Assembly (NCBI RefSeq): GCF_011386835.1
Contig: NC_088800.1
Coordinates: 1,178,001 to 1,242,000 of the forward strand
DNA: 64,000 nt
Direction: 5' to 3'
Origin: Chrysemys picta bellii
Lineage: Eukaryota
Positions 44,537 through 59,147 of this stretch are shown here, in pieces. Each line of letters begins with the position of its first letter. Position 1 is the first letter of the stretch. The notes beneath the pieces were generated by a model. It made no database searches. It was not told where the DNA came from and was given only the letters and a program-made list of their open reading frames with translations. Position numbers and translations under genes: made by a program.

Positions 44537-46632
44537 TATCTAAGCCTGTGGCCATTCTGCACTCGTGACACGTGTTTACGGGAGATGAACAATCCAAACC
44601 ATTGAGCCCAGGGTTAGAATGAGATTTCGGGCCGGGTTTCCTCTCCCGCGGAGGGGCTGGTTGGGTGGGGTGTAGCTGAGGTTGGTAACAGCTTCAGCAC
44701 CTACAGGCCAAACCAATCCACTCGCCACCCATATCCTCCCCCGTAGCAGATGGGGAGAAACACTTCCGGGAGCTGGGGAATGCAGAGCGCTGAGATGGGG
44801 TTACCTGCCCCCGGCCTTGCTGTCCTGACGTTGCAGCTGCCGTCTGGTATGTATTTCGGCCCCGATCCTGTAACGGGATGCCCGTGCAGAGCTGGCAGCA
44901 GAATGGGGGTCCAGCCGGGGGCATGGACTCTACCACATACACAGCTCTGTACCCACGGTCAAGGTCAAGGCTAGGACTAGGCCGCGTGGACAGCTCTCTG
45001 GGGCACTCCTTTCGTAGGGCTGTCCCTGGCTGCCCCTCCCCCTGCAGCTCCAGCCCCGCTCTGCACTAGCTCAGGTCTGTCCCTGCTCCCCTCCTAGCAC
45101 AGCTTTGGGGCTGGGGGGCAAGGGCTGCCCCTAGGAAGATCCCAGACTTGGCTTCTGGGGCAGGGAAGGTAACTGCCAAACCAGTGTGACACCAGCTCCA
45201 GCCCCCACTCTGGGAGGGGATGGGAGTAGCTAGGTCGGTAAAACACCCTGATCCTTGGCTGCAGGTGAAGAATTCACAGTGCAGCTCAGAGGGGTGGGGG
45301 CGTTGGCTTCAAGGCATCTTTACACTCCCCCAGGCCTGGCCTGGCCTTGAACAGGCTGGTCCCGCTGCATGAGTTAGAGCAGCCTGGAGGCTGCTCCAGT
45401 TTGTGCTCCTGCCAGTGGCCCCACGGGACTGTTGTGGCAGCTGGGGCTCAGCGGGGGAGATCAGGAGCGGCTGTGCTGTCACCAGAGGAGCCCCCTATTC
45501 TGGGTTGAACTGGCTCGAGGCCCCTTTGTGCCCCAGGTGCAGCCGCAGTGAAGCCGAGGGTGACATTGCTGCCTATGTCACCACGGATGCGGCAGGCGGG
45601 GGCTGACCCTGCAGCCCCTCACTCGCCTCCCTGCAGCTGGCCGGGGACCCCAGCGAGGGGCTCCCCACAGCCTCTCGTGTGAAGAGCGGCGGGGGGCTGT
45701 GTGCTGTCGGGGGGGGAGGTCAGATGGCCCCAGGGTAGGAATCCTCTGAGCATCACAGATGTGAACAGAGCCAGTCGCCTCCCCCGAGCGGAGCATGCGG
45801 CTGAATTCACCACGCGCCCTCGGCCCCATACATGGGCCCTGCTCTGCTAAGCACTGGCCTGGGCCCCCGCCCTTCCCACGAGCTAGAGATGGGGAACGCT
45901 GCCCCCCACCCCCCGGCAGCGCAGCGCCCACAGCAGAGCGTCCCACCGAGCAATGGAATGGCCTGGCAGCCTGACGGTGCCGCGCCAAACTCCTCCCCGA
46001 GGCAGTCCCGTTGGTTGCACCGGATCTGCTCCGTTATCTGGCCTGTTCAAGCGCTAGAATTTCTGGGAAGCAGAGAGAATTGTGTCCCTTCTCCGGCTCA
46101 GGGCCGGTGTCGCGGGGACTCGGCTCTTCCTCCTCCTGGCAGCAGTGAGCTCCGCTCTGGTTCTGTAGGCACTTGAGACGTCCACCAGCCCCACAGGCAC
46201 TGGCGAGCCCAGGACTGTCTCCGTGTGGGTAGGAAAGACACGAGATTAAGGACTAAGAACTGGAGATTGAAGGAATGGTGCTCATGTTCCTTGGGGAGAA
46301 GTCTCGTGTGTCTCACACTACCTTCCTCTACAATCAACACTTCGCCAGATTCATCCTGGGAACAAACCCCAGACCTGGGGGCAGTAGCAGAGAAACCCTT
46401 GGTGCTGATTCCCCAGTTGTACCTGGTGTTGTCTCCACAGCTGGGCAACGGGAGTGTTAAATGCTCCTGGCTTGGCCCCGGTGCCCAGCCCCCCAAGGTG
46501 CAAGGCTGTGGGAATCAGACCCTGCTCTGCCCCTCCTGGAGCAGGGGGTGCCAGGCACAGGGACCCCACTGTGCGGAGCACGAGAGAGCAGGGACTTTGC
46601 ACGTGTTTCTGGAAAATCCACTGAAATACAAA

Positions 46633-48249
<1,617 letters not shown>

Positions 48250-51200
48250 CTAGTGGCTGGGAAGGGCAAAGGGAGCCGGCACCTGTTAAAGCAACAGAGA
48301 GATCAGCATCAGCCCCTGCTCTCAAAGGCCTGGCCCAGTGAGCGGCTCTGTTCCCCGGCTCCCCAGTGCCTGTCCCACTGGCTTCGGGCAGTAATAAGCG
48401 CTCCGCAGGGCAGGGGCTGGTCTGTGCAGCTCCCCGCACCGTGCGGGCCCTGGCCAATAACAGCCGAGCTGAGAGGGAGAAACGAGGCGTTATGCTCTCG
48501 CTTATTCTCCAGTGAAGCCCCCGTGGCTGTTAAAAGGTTGGAACTTTCCGCTGCTTTGGAGTGAGCTTTATTCACACCCCGTGAGATTTGTCACGAGTGA
48601 CTTTCAATGGGACCGTGCTCCCGAATGCCCCGGGTGAAGCCCAGTGAGCGTCAATGCGATTTGCGCTCCTAAATCCCCTAGGTGCTTGTGACAATCTCTC
48701 CCGTCACTCATACGCTCAGCAGTTGGGGTCACTTTGATTGCCGTCCATGGCTTTGTTTCAGTCCCCGAAACGCCTTTCCTAGATACCAGGGGGATGGGCC
48801 CTGGAGAACTGGAGCCTGATGGGCAAACTCGCGTGGTTCTCTGCAGCCTGGTCTCCTCCCTCTGCAGAGATGAGTTTGGTCGGCCTTGGCTCGGCCCCTG
48901 TCTCACTGGGCTAGTCGCGCTCTGGCCCTGGGCTCGTGCTGGCCTGCTGGGCACTGTGCTTCCTCTCCTGTTCGCTCAGCCCCTGGGAAGAGTCTCGAGC
49001 CTTAGCTCATTGTCACTGCTGCCCCGAGCCCACGCTACCGGCCTCACGCCCGAGGGGTTCGCTCTCTGCTTACCCTGCCTGGCTCTCGCCCAGTTCATTA
49101 GTGACTGTGCTAAGAGCTGGAGGCTGCCCGGTGAATGTAGATTCCCTTCCGAAAGGGCCCTGCTATGCTGACCCCTCTCTCCACGCGCCTGCGCTGATCA
49201 CTCGAGGCCTGAACCAAAGCCTGTTGAAATGAGCCCCTTGGACTAGTGTCTATTGCTAGTGCTGAGTGTGTCCATCCCTATGTGATGTTTTAATCTATCC
49301 CAGCAGCTCCTCCCGTAAGTCTGCGCTGCCCCATGCAGTAAATCCGCCTCTATGTGGGAGGGCAGCACCTGCCCTCGGGAAATACAGAGAGGATGTTGGT
49401 TGTGTCACTGTCGCCTACAGGACCTGGTCCAAAATCTCCCTCCTATGATGAGCTCGTGTTAATGCTCAGGTGCGCCCTGCCCTGCGTGTGGGCACCAAAC
49501 TCCTGGGGTGGGATGTGGGGTGCGTGGAAGGAAAAGGTGGATACACTGGGACATCCCCTCAGCATGACTCACTGGCCACAAGGGATGAGCTGAGCTCCGT
49601 GCTGCTGAGGTGGGAAAGGGCCTAGGAAGGCAGGGCCTGAGGGAGGTGACCCCAAATCCATAGAAATGGACTGTCTCCTGGATCTTCATCCACTGGATGG
49701 TCAGCAGGCCTTGCAGCCTGTTTGCTTCGCACCTGCACTTACTCCTCCTATGAGAGGTATCCCTAGCCATCCAGGTGTGGCACACCTCCCCTTCCACACC
49801 TTGAGCTGTGAAGAGACGCAGCTGGGCCTGATGTATGTTTCTAACTCTTAATGTTTATGAAATCCTGCTCACAGCTGAACTGGGGACTGTATGTCTGCGT
49901 CCCCAGCGTCCCCAATCCCATGGTACCGTAGGCCCAAGCTGTGTGTATTGTAAAGTGCCATTTCCTGGATTCCCTTCCTACAGGTAAGGGCTGCATTCCC
50001 TGCTGCAGTGCAAGTCCCGTCCTATAAAAGCTCGCCCGCACACCCCAGGTCATCGCGGCACCGTGTCACCCTCCGCTCTCCAGTGGATACGGGGGCAAAC
50101 ATGGTAGGGATAGTGCATCCCCTCATTTTCCTGGGGGGCCTCTAGGTCCTGACTGTATTGTTAAGGTGCGTATGTCATTGGCTCCATGGGCTCCTTCACC
50201 TGCATGTAGTTATGTTTGGAGATACCTGGAGCCACTGCCCGTGTCTGGTGTTTCATTGTCTCTTCCTCATCTGGCCTGAGCTCCCAAGAGAACTCAGAGC
50301 TGCCCCTTCACCCAGGAGGGCTGGTGGCACCTGGGAGCAGAAATGCTACAGCTCCCAGGCTTCCTGTTGGGGCTTTGATCTCGTCAGCTCACCCCGAACA
50401 GCGGCTGCCAGGTTCTAGTGTGGGCCTGGGCTGCAGTGGTGCTTAAATCCCCCCTAGATTCGGCTTGATTTTCAGTGGGGCCTCCTGCCTGAGCCCTGCA
50501 CCCGGGCGGCCTGTCCCCGTCAGGCAGGTAGGGACCAGGGGTCAGCCCCTGCTGCGTCGCAGGCCCTGTATGGTTTGGGGAGTTGGGACGTACACAAGGG
50601 CCCAGGAAAGCCAGAAGCAGGTCCTTGGAGAGAGGAGGCAGGCTCTTGTTCCTTTAACAGCCTTGTACTGCTCCCAGCCATCCAAGCCGAGCCGGGCAAG
50701 GAGGGCAGACATGCTGCCGGAGCCCTGCTTAGGACTGCCTGGAGTGGGGGGCAGCTGAAGGAGGAGCTGGCTAGTAACCCAGCTGCAGAAGGAGGGCGGA
50801 AGGGCTCCTGGATCCAGGAGAGGCTTGTCAGAATGAGCACCCCGGGAGAAGGGTTGGGTTGGCGGGGCTAAATAGGAGTTTTGCATCCAAGGGGGGGATA
50901 CTTGTTCTCAGTGTGTGGGTCTGGGAATAAACCAAGCGGTAGCTGGGGACAGTGTCCCTGCAGGGCCACAAGGGGGTGTGCTTGGCCAGCACACTGCTCC
51001 TAGCACACACCTGCGACCTGGAGAACTGGCGAGCAGGGGGGTCTCTGGGAACCTGGGCGCAAGCAAACCGCACGTGTTTTCATACAGCCCAATGTAAAGA
51101 CACACATCTAGGGCCAAGGAACGCCGGCCCTGCTAACAGCCCGGGGGACTCTCTCCTGGAAGCAGGGACTGAAAAAGAGGCAAGGGTCACGGTGGACACA

Positions 51201-51289
51201 GCTGAGCGTGAGCTCCCCGGGTGTCGCCAAATGGGATGCATGAGCAAGGGACGTGTGAGTAGGAGCAGAGAGGTTATTTCCCCTCTGGA

Positions 51290-51720
51290 TTGGTGCGACC
51301 GCTGCTGGAATCCCCTGTCCAGTTCTGGTGCCCACAATCCAAGGACGGTGATAAATGGAAGGGCTCAGGGACGATCTCCAAGAATGGTCAAAGGATTAGA
51401 AAACCTGCCCAAGGGCGATAGACTCAAGGAACGTTATTGATTTGGCTTAACAAAGAGGAGGTGAAGGGGTGACTGGATGACCAACACGGGGAACAACTAT
51501 TTGATAACGGGCTCTTCAGTCTAGCAGAGACAGATACGGCCTGAGCCAAGGGCTAGAAGCTGAACTAGATAAATCCAGGCTGGAAATAAGAGGGTGCCCG
51601 TTGTTCCTGGTGAGAGTAATTAGCCAGTGGGACATTCCCCAGGGGTCTGGGGGATTCTCCATCACTGGTCATTTTAAAGTCATGATGGGATGTTTTGCTA
51701 CAAGCCGAGCTCTAGGAGGT
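51290..51720 (+). mobile_element. Old CR1 LINE fragment
   Basis: Degenerate CR1 RT C-terminal sequence (RMVKGLENLPKGDRLKE; ctgaactagataaatccaggctggaaataag). Confidence 0.7.
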
Positions 51721-52199
51721 ATGTGGGGGCAGGGCTCGGCCAGACTAGCTGACCCCAGCGATCCCTGCCGGCCTCGGCGTGGGCCCCCTCCGCCACTCAG
51801 GAGCGTGTGCGGCAGGTCCAGCGCCCCCGGCAGGGAGGGAAATCACACCGCGGACGCCCAAGGCAGCTGGGCACTTGCCTCCCTCAGGCCCCAGTGGGAG
51901 TCCCAGACCCAGCCTGAATGCAGAGACCGGGGCTGACACCCCCCTCCAGGCTGCCGAGGCCTGGGCGCAGTGTGCAAGCCAGGGAGGGACCCCGCCTCTC
52001 TCTGCGCCCCCCGGGATGGCAGGGGGTGGGGGACCTCTCCACTCCCCCCAGCTCCGTAGCACCCCGCAGCCGGCTCTGTCGCTAGCCCCCGAGAGTGGGT
52101 GGAATAGAAGTGTACGGGGGTGGGGGCAGGGCCCGCTCTGGAAAGGCCTCCAGGGTAAGTGCAGGGAGCCGAGACCTGTCCCGCAGGGAAGCTGCCCCT

Positions 52200-53330
52200 G
52201 AGACCAGCCTAGTTCCCGGGCGCCTTCCTGTCTAAGCGGCGCTCTCCGGGGCAGTGCCCCGAGCCAGGCGCCCGCCAGGGGACACCCCCAGAGCACGGCC
52301 TGTCCCCCGGCAGGGACAGCTCGGCCCGGCCCCCCGCGGAGCCCAGCTCCACACCCACCAACAGGCTCCTGCGGGAGCTCGAGGGGAGGCGCCGCCCCAG
52401 TGCGCCACGGGGCGAAGGGAGCCGGCCGCCAGCGCTTGGCGGAGGAGAGCTGGAGGGGGCCTGGCCCCAGCGACCCCGGCTCTGCACAGCCCCCGGCATG
52501 TCACCCGGGGGCCCCCGGAGCGACACGGGCGGCAGGGGACCCCGGAGACAGCGGCCGGAGCCCCCCAGGCGGACCCAGCCTGGCGCAGCGGGGCAAACCC
52601 GGAAACTTTGAGCCCCTGACACAAGCCGCCGGCGAGCGGCCGGAGCCGGGGCAGGACGCGGCGCAGCCCCGCGGGAGTCCCCGGAGCGCCGGTCCCCGGC
52701 TTCCTCCAGCTCGCTCCGCTCCTTGCCGGGCCAGCTGCTGACCCGGCTCGGCCCCTCCGCACCCACCGGCCCCGGGGCCCGCGCTCCAGGCTGGAGCTGT
52801 CCAGCGGCCGGGGCCAGGGAGCGGACCCGGCGCCTCTCTCCATGGTGCTGACCAGCCGCCCGCTGCGCGCCGCGCCGCGCCCCGCCCCGCCCCGCGGCAT
52901 CGCCCGGGCCCCGGTTACCTGCTCCGGGCGGGGCCCATCCTGCCCGCGGGCTCCTGCCAGTTCAGGGGCCGCCGCCAGCGCGGCTCCCCGGGCGGCCCCT
53001 GCCGCGCTCCGGGGCGCCCCGGGCTGCGCCCCGCTGGCGGCGCCCCACGGCATGGCTGGCTCGGGCTCCCCGCTGAGCCGCTGCCCGGCAGCCTGGTCCC
53101 TTCCTCTGGGAGCCGAGCGCCTGCGTCACCGGAGCGGGTCTGAGCTCCGTGCCCGGCTCCGACCTGCCCCTGCCCGGCCCCGAGCTGGCCCTGCGCCCCC
53201 CCCGGGGCTCCTGGCCCTGCCCCGTGCGCCCCACGGCGCCGCCGCCTCCCGGAGCCTCAGCCCCGGAGCTCCCGGTGCCCGTCAGAGGAGAGCTGGCTGG
53301 GCAGAGGCAGCCCCGCCGCGTGGAGTCACG
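52200..53330 (-). promoter_or_regulatory. CpG island, probable ANKRD34C promoter and non-coding first exon
   Basis: Very CpG-dense; minus-strand donor CAG|gtaacc (exon end 52919); acceptor ctag| at 48249, 15 nt before the ATG. Confidence 0.6.
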
Positions 53331-53399
53331 GGGGTGGGTGTGTCGGGGGCGTGTGTGCAAAGGGGCCTGGAAGTGTGAGCCTGGGAGTGAATGGGTGGC

Positions 53400-55165
53400 G
53401 GTGAGGGTGGCGGTGTCAGTGTGTGGCTGTGAGTGTCGGTGTCAGTGGGGATGTGGCATCAGTACGGGTGTGGTTGTGTCAGCGTGTGTAAGTGACTGTG
53501 AGTGTGTCAGTCTGTGGCTGTGAGTGTATCAGTCTGTGGCTGTGAATGTTGGTGTGAATGGGCGTGTGGCTGTGAGTGTGTCCATGTCAGTGTGAATGTG
53601 GCACCAGAAGGTGTGTGGTTGTGAGTGTTTTGGTGTCAGTGGGTATGTGGCTGTGAATGTGTCAGTGTGTGGCTGTGGGTGTGTTGGTGTGAGTGTGTCA
53701 GTAAGTGTGTATGTGGCACCAATAGGTGTGTGGTTGTGAGTGTGTTGGTGTGAGTGTCACGGTCAGTGGGTATGTGGCATCAGTAGGGGTGTGGCTGTTG
53801 GTGTCAGAGGGTGTGTGGCTGTGAGTGTGTCAGTGTCAGTATGGGTGTGGATGAGGGGGTGTGGCTGTAAGTGTGTTGGTGTCAGAGGGTGTGTTGGTAT
53901 GCAGATGTCAGTGTCAGAGGGTGTGTGGCTGTGAGTGTGTCAGTGTCAGTATGGGTGTGGATGAGGGGGTGTGGCTGTAAGTGTGTTGGTGTCAGTGGGT
54001 GTGTTGGTATGCAGATGTCAGTGTCAGAGGGTGTGTGGCTGTGAGTGTGTCAGTGTCAGTATGGGTGTGGATGAGGGGGTGTGGCTGTAAGTGTGTTGGT
54101 GTCAGTGGGTGTGTTGGTATGCAGATGTCAGTGTCAGAGGGTGTGTGGCTGTGAGTGTGTCAGTGTCAGTATGGGTGTGGATGATGTTAGAGGGGGTGTG
54201 GCTGTAAGTGTGTTGGTGTCAGTGGGTGTGTTGGTGTGCAGATGTCAGTGTCAGAGGGTGTGTAGCTGTGAGTGTGTCAGTGTCAGTATGGGTGTGGATG
54301 AGAGGGTGTGGCTGTAAGTGTGTTGGTGTCAGAGGGTGTGTTGGTGTGCAGATGTCAGTGTCAGAGGGTGTGTGGCTGTGAGTGTGTCAGTGTCAGTATG
54401 GGTGTGGATGATGTTAGAGGGGGTGTGGCTGTAAGTGTGTTGGTGTCAGTGGGTGTGTTGGTGTGCAGATGTCAGTGTCAGAGGGTGTGTGGCTGTGAGT
54501 GTGTCAGTGTCAGTATGGGTGTGGATGAGGGGGTGTGGCTGTAAGTGTGTTGGTGTCAGTGGGTGTGTTGGTGTGCAGATGTCAGTGTCAGAGGGTGTGT
54601 GGCTGTGAGTGTGTCAGTGTCAGTATGGGTGTGGATGATGTTAGAGGGGGTGTGGCTGTAAGTGTGTTGGTGTCAGTGGGTGTGTTGGTGTGCAGATGTC
54701 AGTGTCAGAGGGTGTGTGGCTGTGAGTGTGTCAGTGTCAGTATGGGTGTGGATGAGGGGGTGTGGCTGTAAGTGTGTTGGTGTCAGTGGGTGTGTTGGTG
54801 TGCAGATGTCAGTGTCAGAGGGTGTGTAGCTGTGAGTGTGTCAGTGTCAGTATGGGTGTGGATGAGGGGGTGTGGCTGTAAGTGTGTTGGTGTCAGTGGG
54901 TGTGTTGGTGTGCAGATGTCAGTGTCAGAGGGTGTGTAGCTGTGAGTGTGTCAGTGTCAGTATGGGTGTGGATGAGGGGGTGTGGCTGTAAGTGTGTTGG
55001 TGTCAGTGGGTGTGTTGGTGTGCAGATGTCAGTGTCAGAGGGTGTGTAGCTGTGAGTGTGTCAGTGTCAGTATGGGTGTGGATGATGTTAGAGGGGGTGT
55101 GGTTGTAAGTGTGTTGGTGTCAGTGGGTGTGTTGGTGTGCAGATGTCAGTGTCAGAGGGTGTGCA
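53400..55165. repeat. GT-rich satellite: degenerate start, then ~12 near-identical 110/117-bp units
   Basis: gtggctgtaa recurs at 53861, 53971, 54081, 54198, 54308, 54425, 54535, 54652, 54762, 54872, 54982 and (variant) 55099. Confidence 0.92.
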
Positions 55166-56509
55166 GCTGCCCGTCTGAGTTTGGAGATGTGCCTCCTCTG
55201 CATTCCTTGGAAATTCCCTGCTCCCTTCCCAGCCGCCCGCACACCCAGCCCCTCCGCCCTGCTGCGTTAGCTGGTCACTTGAAGCAGGAACCTGGTGACT
55301 TTCTCTAGGGAGCATCGCCACAGGAGGTGAACGGAAGCCGGGTTGGGCAGGGCCCAGGCTCCTGCCCTGAGCTGCCATGGACACGTCAGGGGCTGCTGCA
55401 GCTTTGGGCAAAGTCTCTGGAGGGCCTGTCCGGTTGCAGGCAGGGCCCGTGCTCTGCCCAGCCAGATCTGGACAGATAGTCAGAAGGATTCTTGGGGCAG
55501 CCCAGGGACTCTCCATGCCCAGGGACTCTCCATGCCCAGGGACTCTCCGTGCCCAGACACCTTCCCACGGCCCAGAGCTGCCCTGTTTGAACAAAGACAA
55601 TTATACTCTTTCCCACCATCACTGACCCGGTCCCATTGCCCAGCGTGCTGCCTGAGCCCAAGCCACAGAGAGCCCCAAGGGGAAGCAAGGACAGGCACCC
55701 ACCCGTCAGAGGGGCGAGGCTCCCAACGGCCTCCCAACAGGAGTTGCCGGGACAAACAACTTCAGTTGTTTTAGGAGAGAGCTGGATACAGTTCTGAGTG
55801 GGATTGTCTGCCGGGGTGTTTGTGATGGGGATGGGGTGGTGGCAGAACTCAGCAGCCCAGGGGATCCCTTCTGGTTTGTGTCTTACATTCCTAAAGCTCA
55901 TGCTTCAGGTCTCCAGCTGACCACTAGCAGGGTCAGGAAGGGATTTCCCCATCTCCAGCTATCCTGGGGTTGTTTTCTTTTTGTGTGCCTCCTTCCTCTG
56001 AAGCATCAGGGATGACAGTGGCTGGAGATGGGACATTGGATGGCGGGGGTGGGGGCAGGGCCATGAGGAGGCACAGAGTATTCTGGCTGGCTGCATCTTG
56101 TTCACATGCCCAGGGTCTAACAGATCCGCATGTGGGGCCAGGAAGGAATGTTCCCATCAGCTTGGCAGGGACCTGGGTTTTTTTTCCACCTTCCTATGCA
56201 GCGCGTGGGTGCGGGTCACTTCCCAGCGTTGTCTGGGTGTATCTCACTGGCTCCTTTTCCTGCCCCTGCGGAGGCCTGGGGCACAGGTGCCCCTCGGTCC
56301 CACTTGTTCTCTGCTGGTGACAGGTCACAGTCTAGTCTCTGTGGGCTGTACCAGTGTGTCTGATTTCAGTGTTGGGCTGGTGTGCGGGTGCTGGGTGCTG
56401 TTGGTGGCCTGTGATACACAGGGGATCAGACTACATGTTTTAATGGTCCATTCAGGCCTGAAACTCGATGGCCATGACCTTGGGGTGCATAGCTGGACCC
56501 CTCACTCCA

Positions 56510-56972
56510 AATTCTAAGGGATGGTATGATGGGATAGCCTAATTTTGGCAATTAATTCATCTTTGATTATTAGCAGGTAAATATGCCCCATGGCCTGTGA
56601 TGGGATGTTCGATGGGGTGGGATCTGAGTTACTACAGAGAATTCTTTCCTGGGTGGCTGGCTGGTGGGTCTTGCCCACATGCTCAGGGTTTAGCTGATCG
56701 CCATATTTGGGGTCGGGAAGGAATTTTCCTCCAGGGCAGATTGGCAGAGGCCCTGGAGGTTTTTCGCCTTCCTCCGCAGCATGGGGCACGGGTCACTTGC
56801 TGGAGGATTCTCTGCACCTTGAGGTCTTTAAACCACGAGTTGAGAACTTCAATGGCTCAGGCATAGCTCAGGGGTTTGTTACAGGAGTGGGTGGGTGAGA
56901 TTCTGAGGCCTGCGTTGTGCAGGAGGTCAGACTAGACGATCATAATGGTCTATGAGTCTATGAGTCTATGAG
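56510..56972 (+). mobile_element. CR1 3' UTR fragment
   Basis: CR1-type 3' UTR ending gtcagactagacgatcataatgg plus a (TCTATGAG)n tail; similar more degenerate pieces at 55800-56260. Confidence 0.8.
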
Positions 56973-57329
56973 CAAGACCCCACCCACCCTCTCTGCATGA
57001 CTGTGTTAGGTGCCTGCATACTGAACCACATGGTCAAGGCTCGTGGGGCTCTGGCCGCAGGACTGTAAAATTACAAGGTAGACATTTGGGCTTGGGCTGG
57101 ACTCAGGGCGCCGAGACCTCTCGAGGGGAGAAGGTTCCAGAGCTCAGGCTCCAGCGTGAGCCTGAATACGCTGCCAATGTCCAGCCCCGCAGCCCGAGTC
57201 TGCCAGGGGAGCCGCGCACCCACACAGGCCAAGCTGGGCTCTGGCTACAGTTGATTAACTGGGGAAAGTCTATGCACAAGGGCCTTGTAATGCAGTCAAA
57301 TGCAAGGTCAAACATCAGGACCAAAGGAT

Positions 57330-58085
57330 GTAGGTCACCCTTATGAGACGGGCTGGATACTTGGATGCAATGTCTCTGAAAAGTATTTAGGGGGCATGGT
57401 AGGTAACCCACTGACCATGAGCTCCCAGGGTGGTGCTGTAGCTAAGAGGGCTAATGCAACCCTGGGAATATCAAGTAGTTGTAGGAAGGGGATGTATCTC
57501 GGTGTACGGCATTGGTGAGACCATCACTGGCTACGGTGTCCATTTCTGGTGTCCACACTTCAACAGGGACGTTTACATTGGAGGGGTTCAGAAAAGAGCT
57601 ACGAGAATGACTTTTTACTTTACTGGTAATGTTTTATATTAAATATAAACGTGTAACAGAACAAAGCATACAGCAATACATGCGCAAGCTGGAAATACCC
57701 TATAAATAATACAATTGAGTGTTCGTTATTCGTAAACCTGGAGAGAAGAAATAAACCCAAACCAATCAGCCTGAACCCATCGAGGCCATGCCGGGCATCA
57801 GTTCAGAACAATTTGAGATCTGAAATCCTGCCTCACGGTAAGAGACTGAAGAAGTTCAATCTGTTGAGTTTAGCCAAGAGGCTAAGCAGGTCTGTAAGTA
57901 CCTCCTCAGGGCAGAGATTTCTGATAGTAGAGGGCACCTTATTGCTAGTCTGAATATGCCTAGCTTCAGCTTCCAGACACTGGAGTTCATTATCCCTTTT
58001 CCTGCTGGATTAAAGAACCAGCTCCTATCAGAAACCTTTCCCCTGTGTAGTTACTTGTCGACTGTGGTCAAGTCCTCGCTCAGTG
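57330..58085. mobile_element. Cluster of old CR1 fragments in both orientations
   Basis: AVAKRANATLG and gagactgaagaagttcaatctgttgagtttag-type degenerate RT pieces. Confidence 0.6.
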
Positions 58086-59066
58086 TTCACTGATGAAACC
58101 CCGAAGCGGTGGTGAGGACACTGGAGGTGCAGTGGTTTTTGTTTGCACGTGTCAGGAAGTCTCATGCTTTTTCTCTGAGTAAAGTGTGTGTGTTTAAAAA
58201 GTTACTTTGCAAAGCCTCTGTCTGCCTGGATTTAACTGTCCTGTATCCCCAGAAGGCTGACGTGTAAACTGGAGAACCCCCATGGGTGGAGCTCTGGAGA
58301 AGGTGTGCTTACAATCCTGGGAGACCTGGGGGGAGAGCACTGGTCTTGGGGTCACCAGACAGGGAGTCTATACTGCAGGAGTGAGCCAGTGCTGGCCAGT
58401 CCCGGGGATCCACACCCAGCAGCCTGCTGAGAGTCTACCAAGGGGAACGCAGCCAGGGCAGTGTCTGGCCAAGCTGGAAGGCCTCCACTGGGAACCTCCC
58501 CTTCTCCATTGTATAAAGCGCCCTGTCTGCCCCTGGTGGGATGAGACTGTGAGGAGGCAATGCCACATTTGGGGAGAAAGAAGGGAACACTTCTGTGGGG
58601 GGTGGAATTCTTGTCTAAGGGATTCAGACCGCGTCCTCTCTTTGGAGCTGCTTAGGAGTCTGGAAGGTTTGGAGCAGTGCCCGGGGCAATGGCTAAGTGG
58701 GCACAGTACAGGAGCGATGGTCAAAGCTGCATGGCAAATCCAGTTTAACACAGGACCCTGCAATTTAACATGTCTATTGCCCCCCTAGCGTGGTGTTTAC
58801 TGTAGCTGTCTGGATCCGATCAGATTAACATCAGGGGGATGTGGCCCTCAGTTACTAGAGCACTAGCTCAGATCTCAGCCTTCGTTCAGAGGGGACATCA
58901 GCAGGAAGCAGAGCTGGGAACCAAGAACAGGGACGGGGTGTTTTTATTTTCAACGATTTGTGGGAAAAAAGTTCCAGTTTCTTGGTTGAAAAAATGTTTT
59001 GATGGAAATTTCCTGATCAGCTCAAATAATACAAGGATATGCTGATAACATGCTAAATTACCAACA

Positions 59067-59069
<3 letters not shown>

Positions 59070-59116
<47 letters not shown>

Positions 59117-59147
59117 CTGTGTGTGTGTGTAAGAGAGAGAGAGAGAT
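59070..59147. repeat. Compound (GT)n(GA)n microsatellite
   Basis: Read directly from the sequence. Confidence 0.9.

Noticed and set aside
58090-58790. Possible LTR following the CR1 fragments; 168-aa and 131-aa ORFs
   Set aside because: No clear TG...CA ends or TSD and no recognisable protein motif
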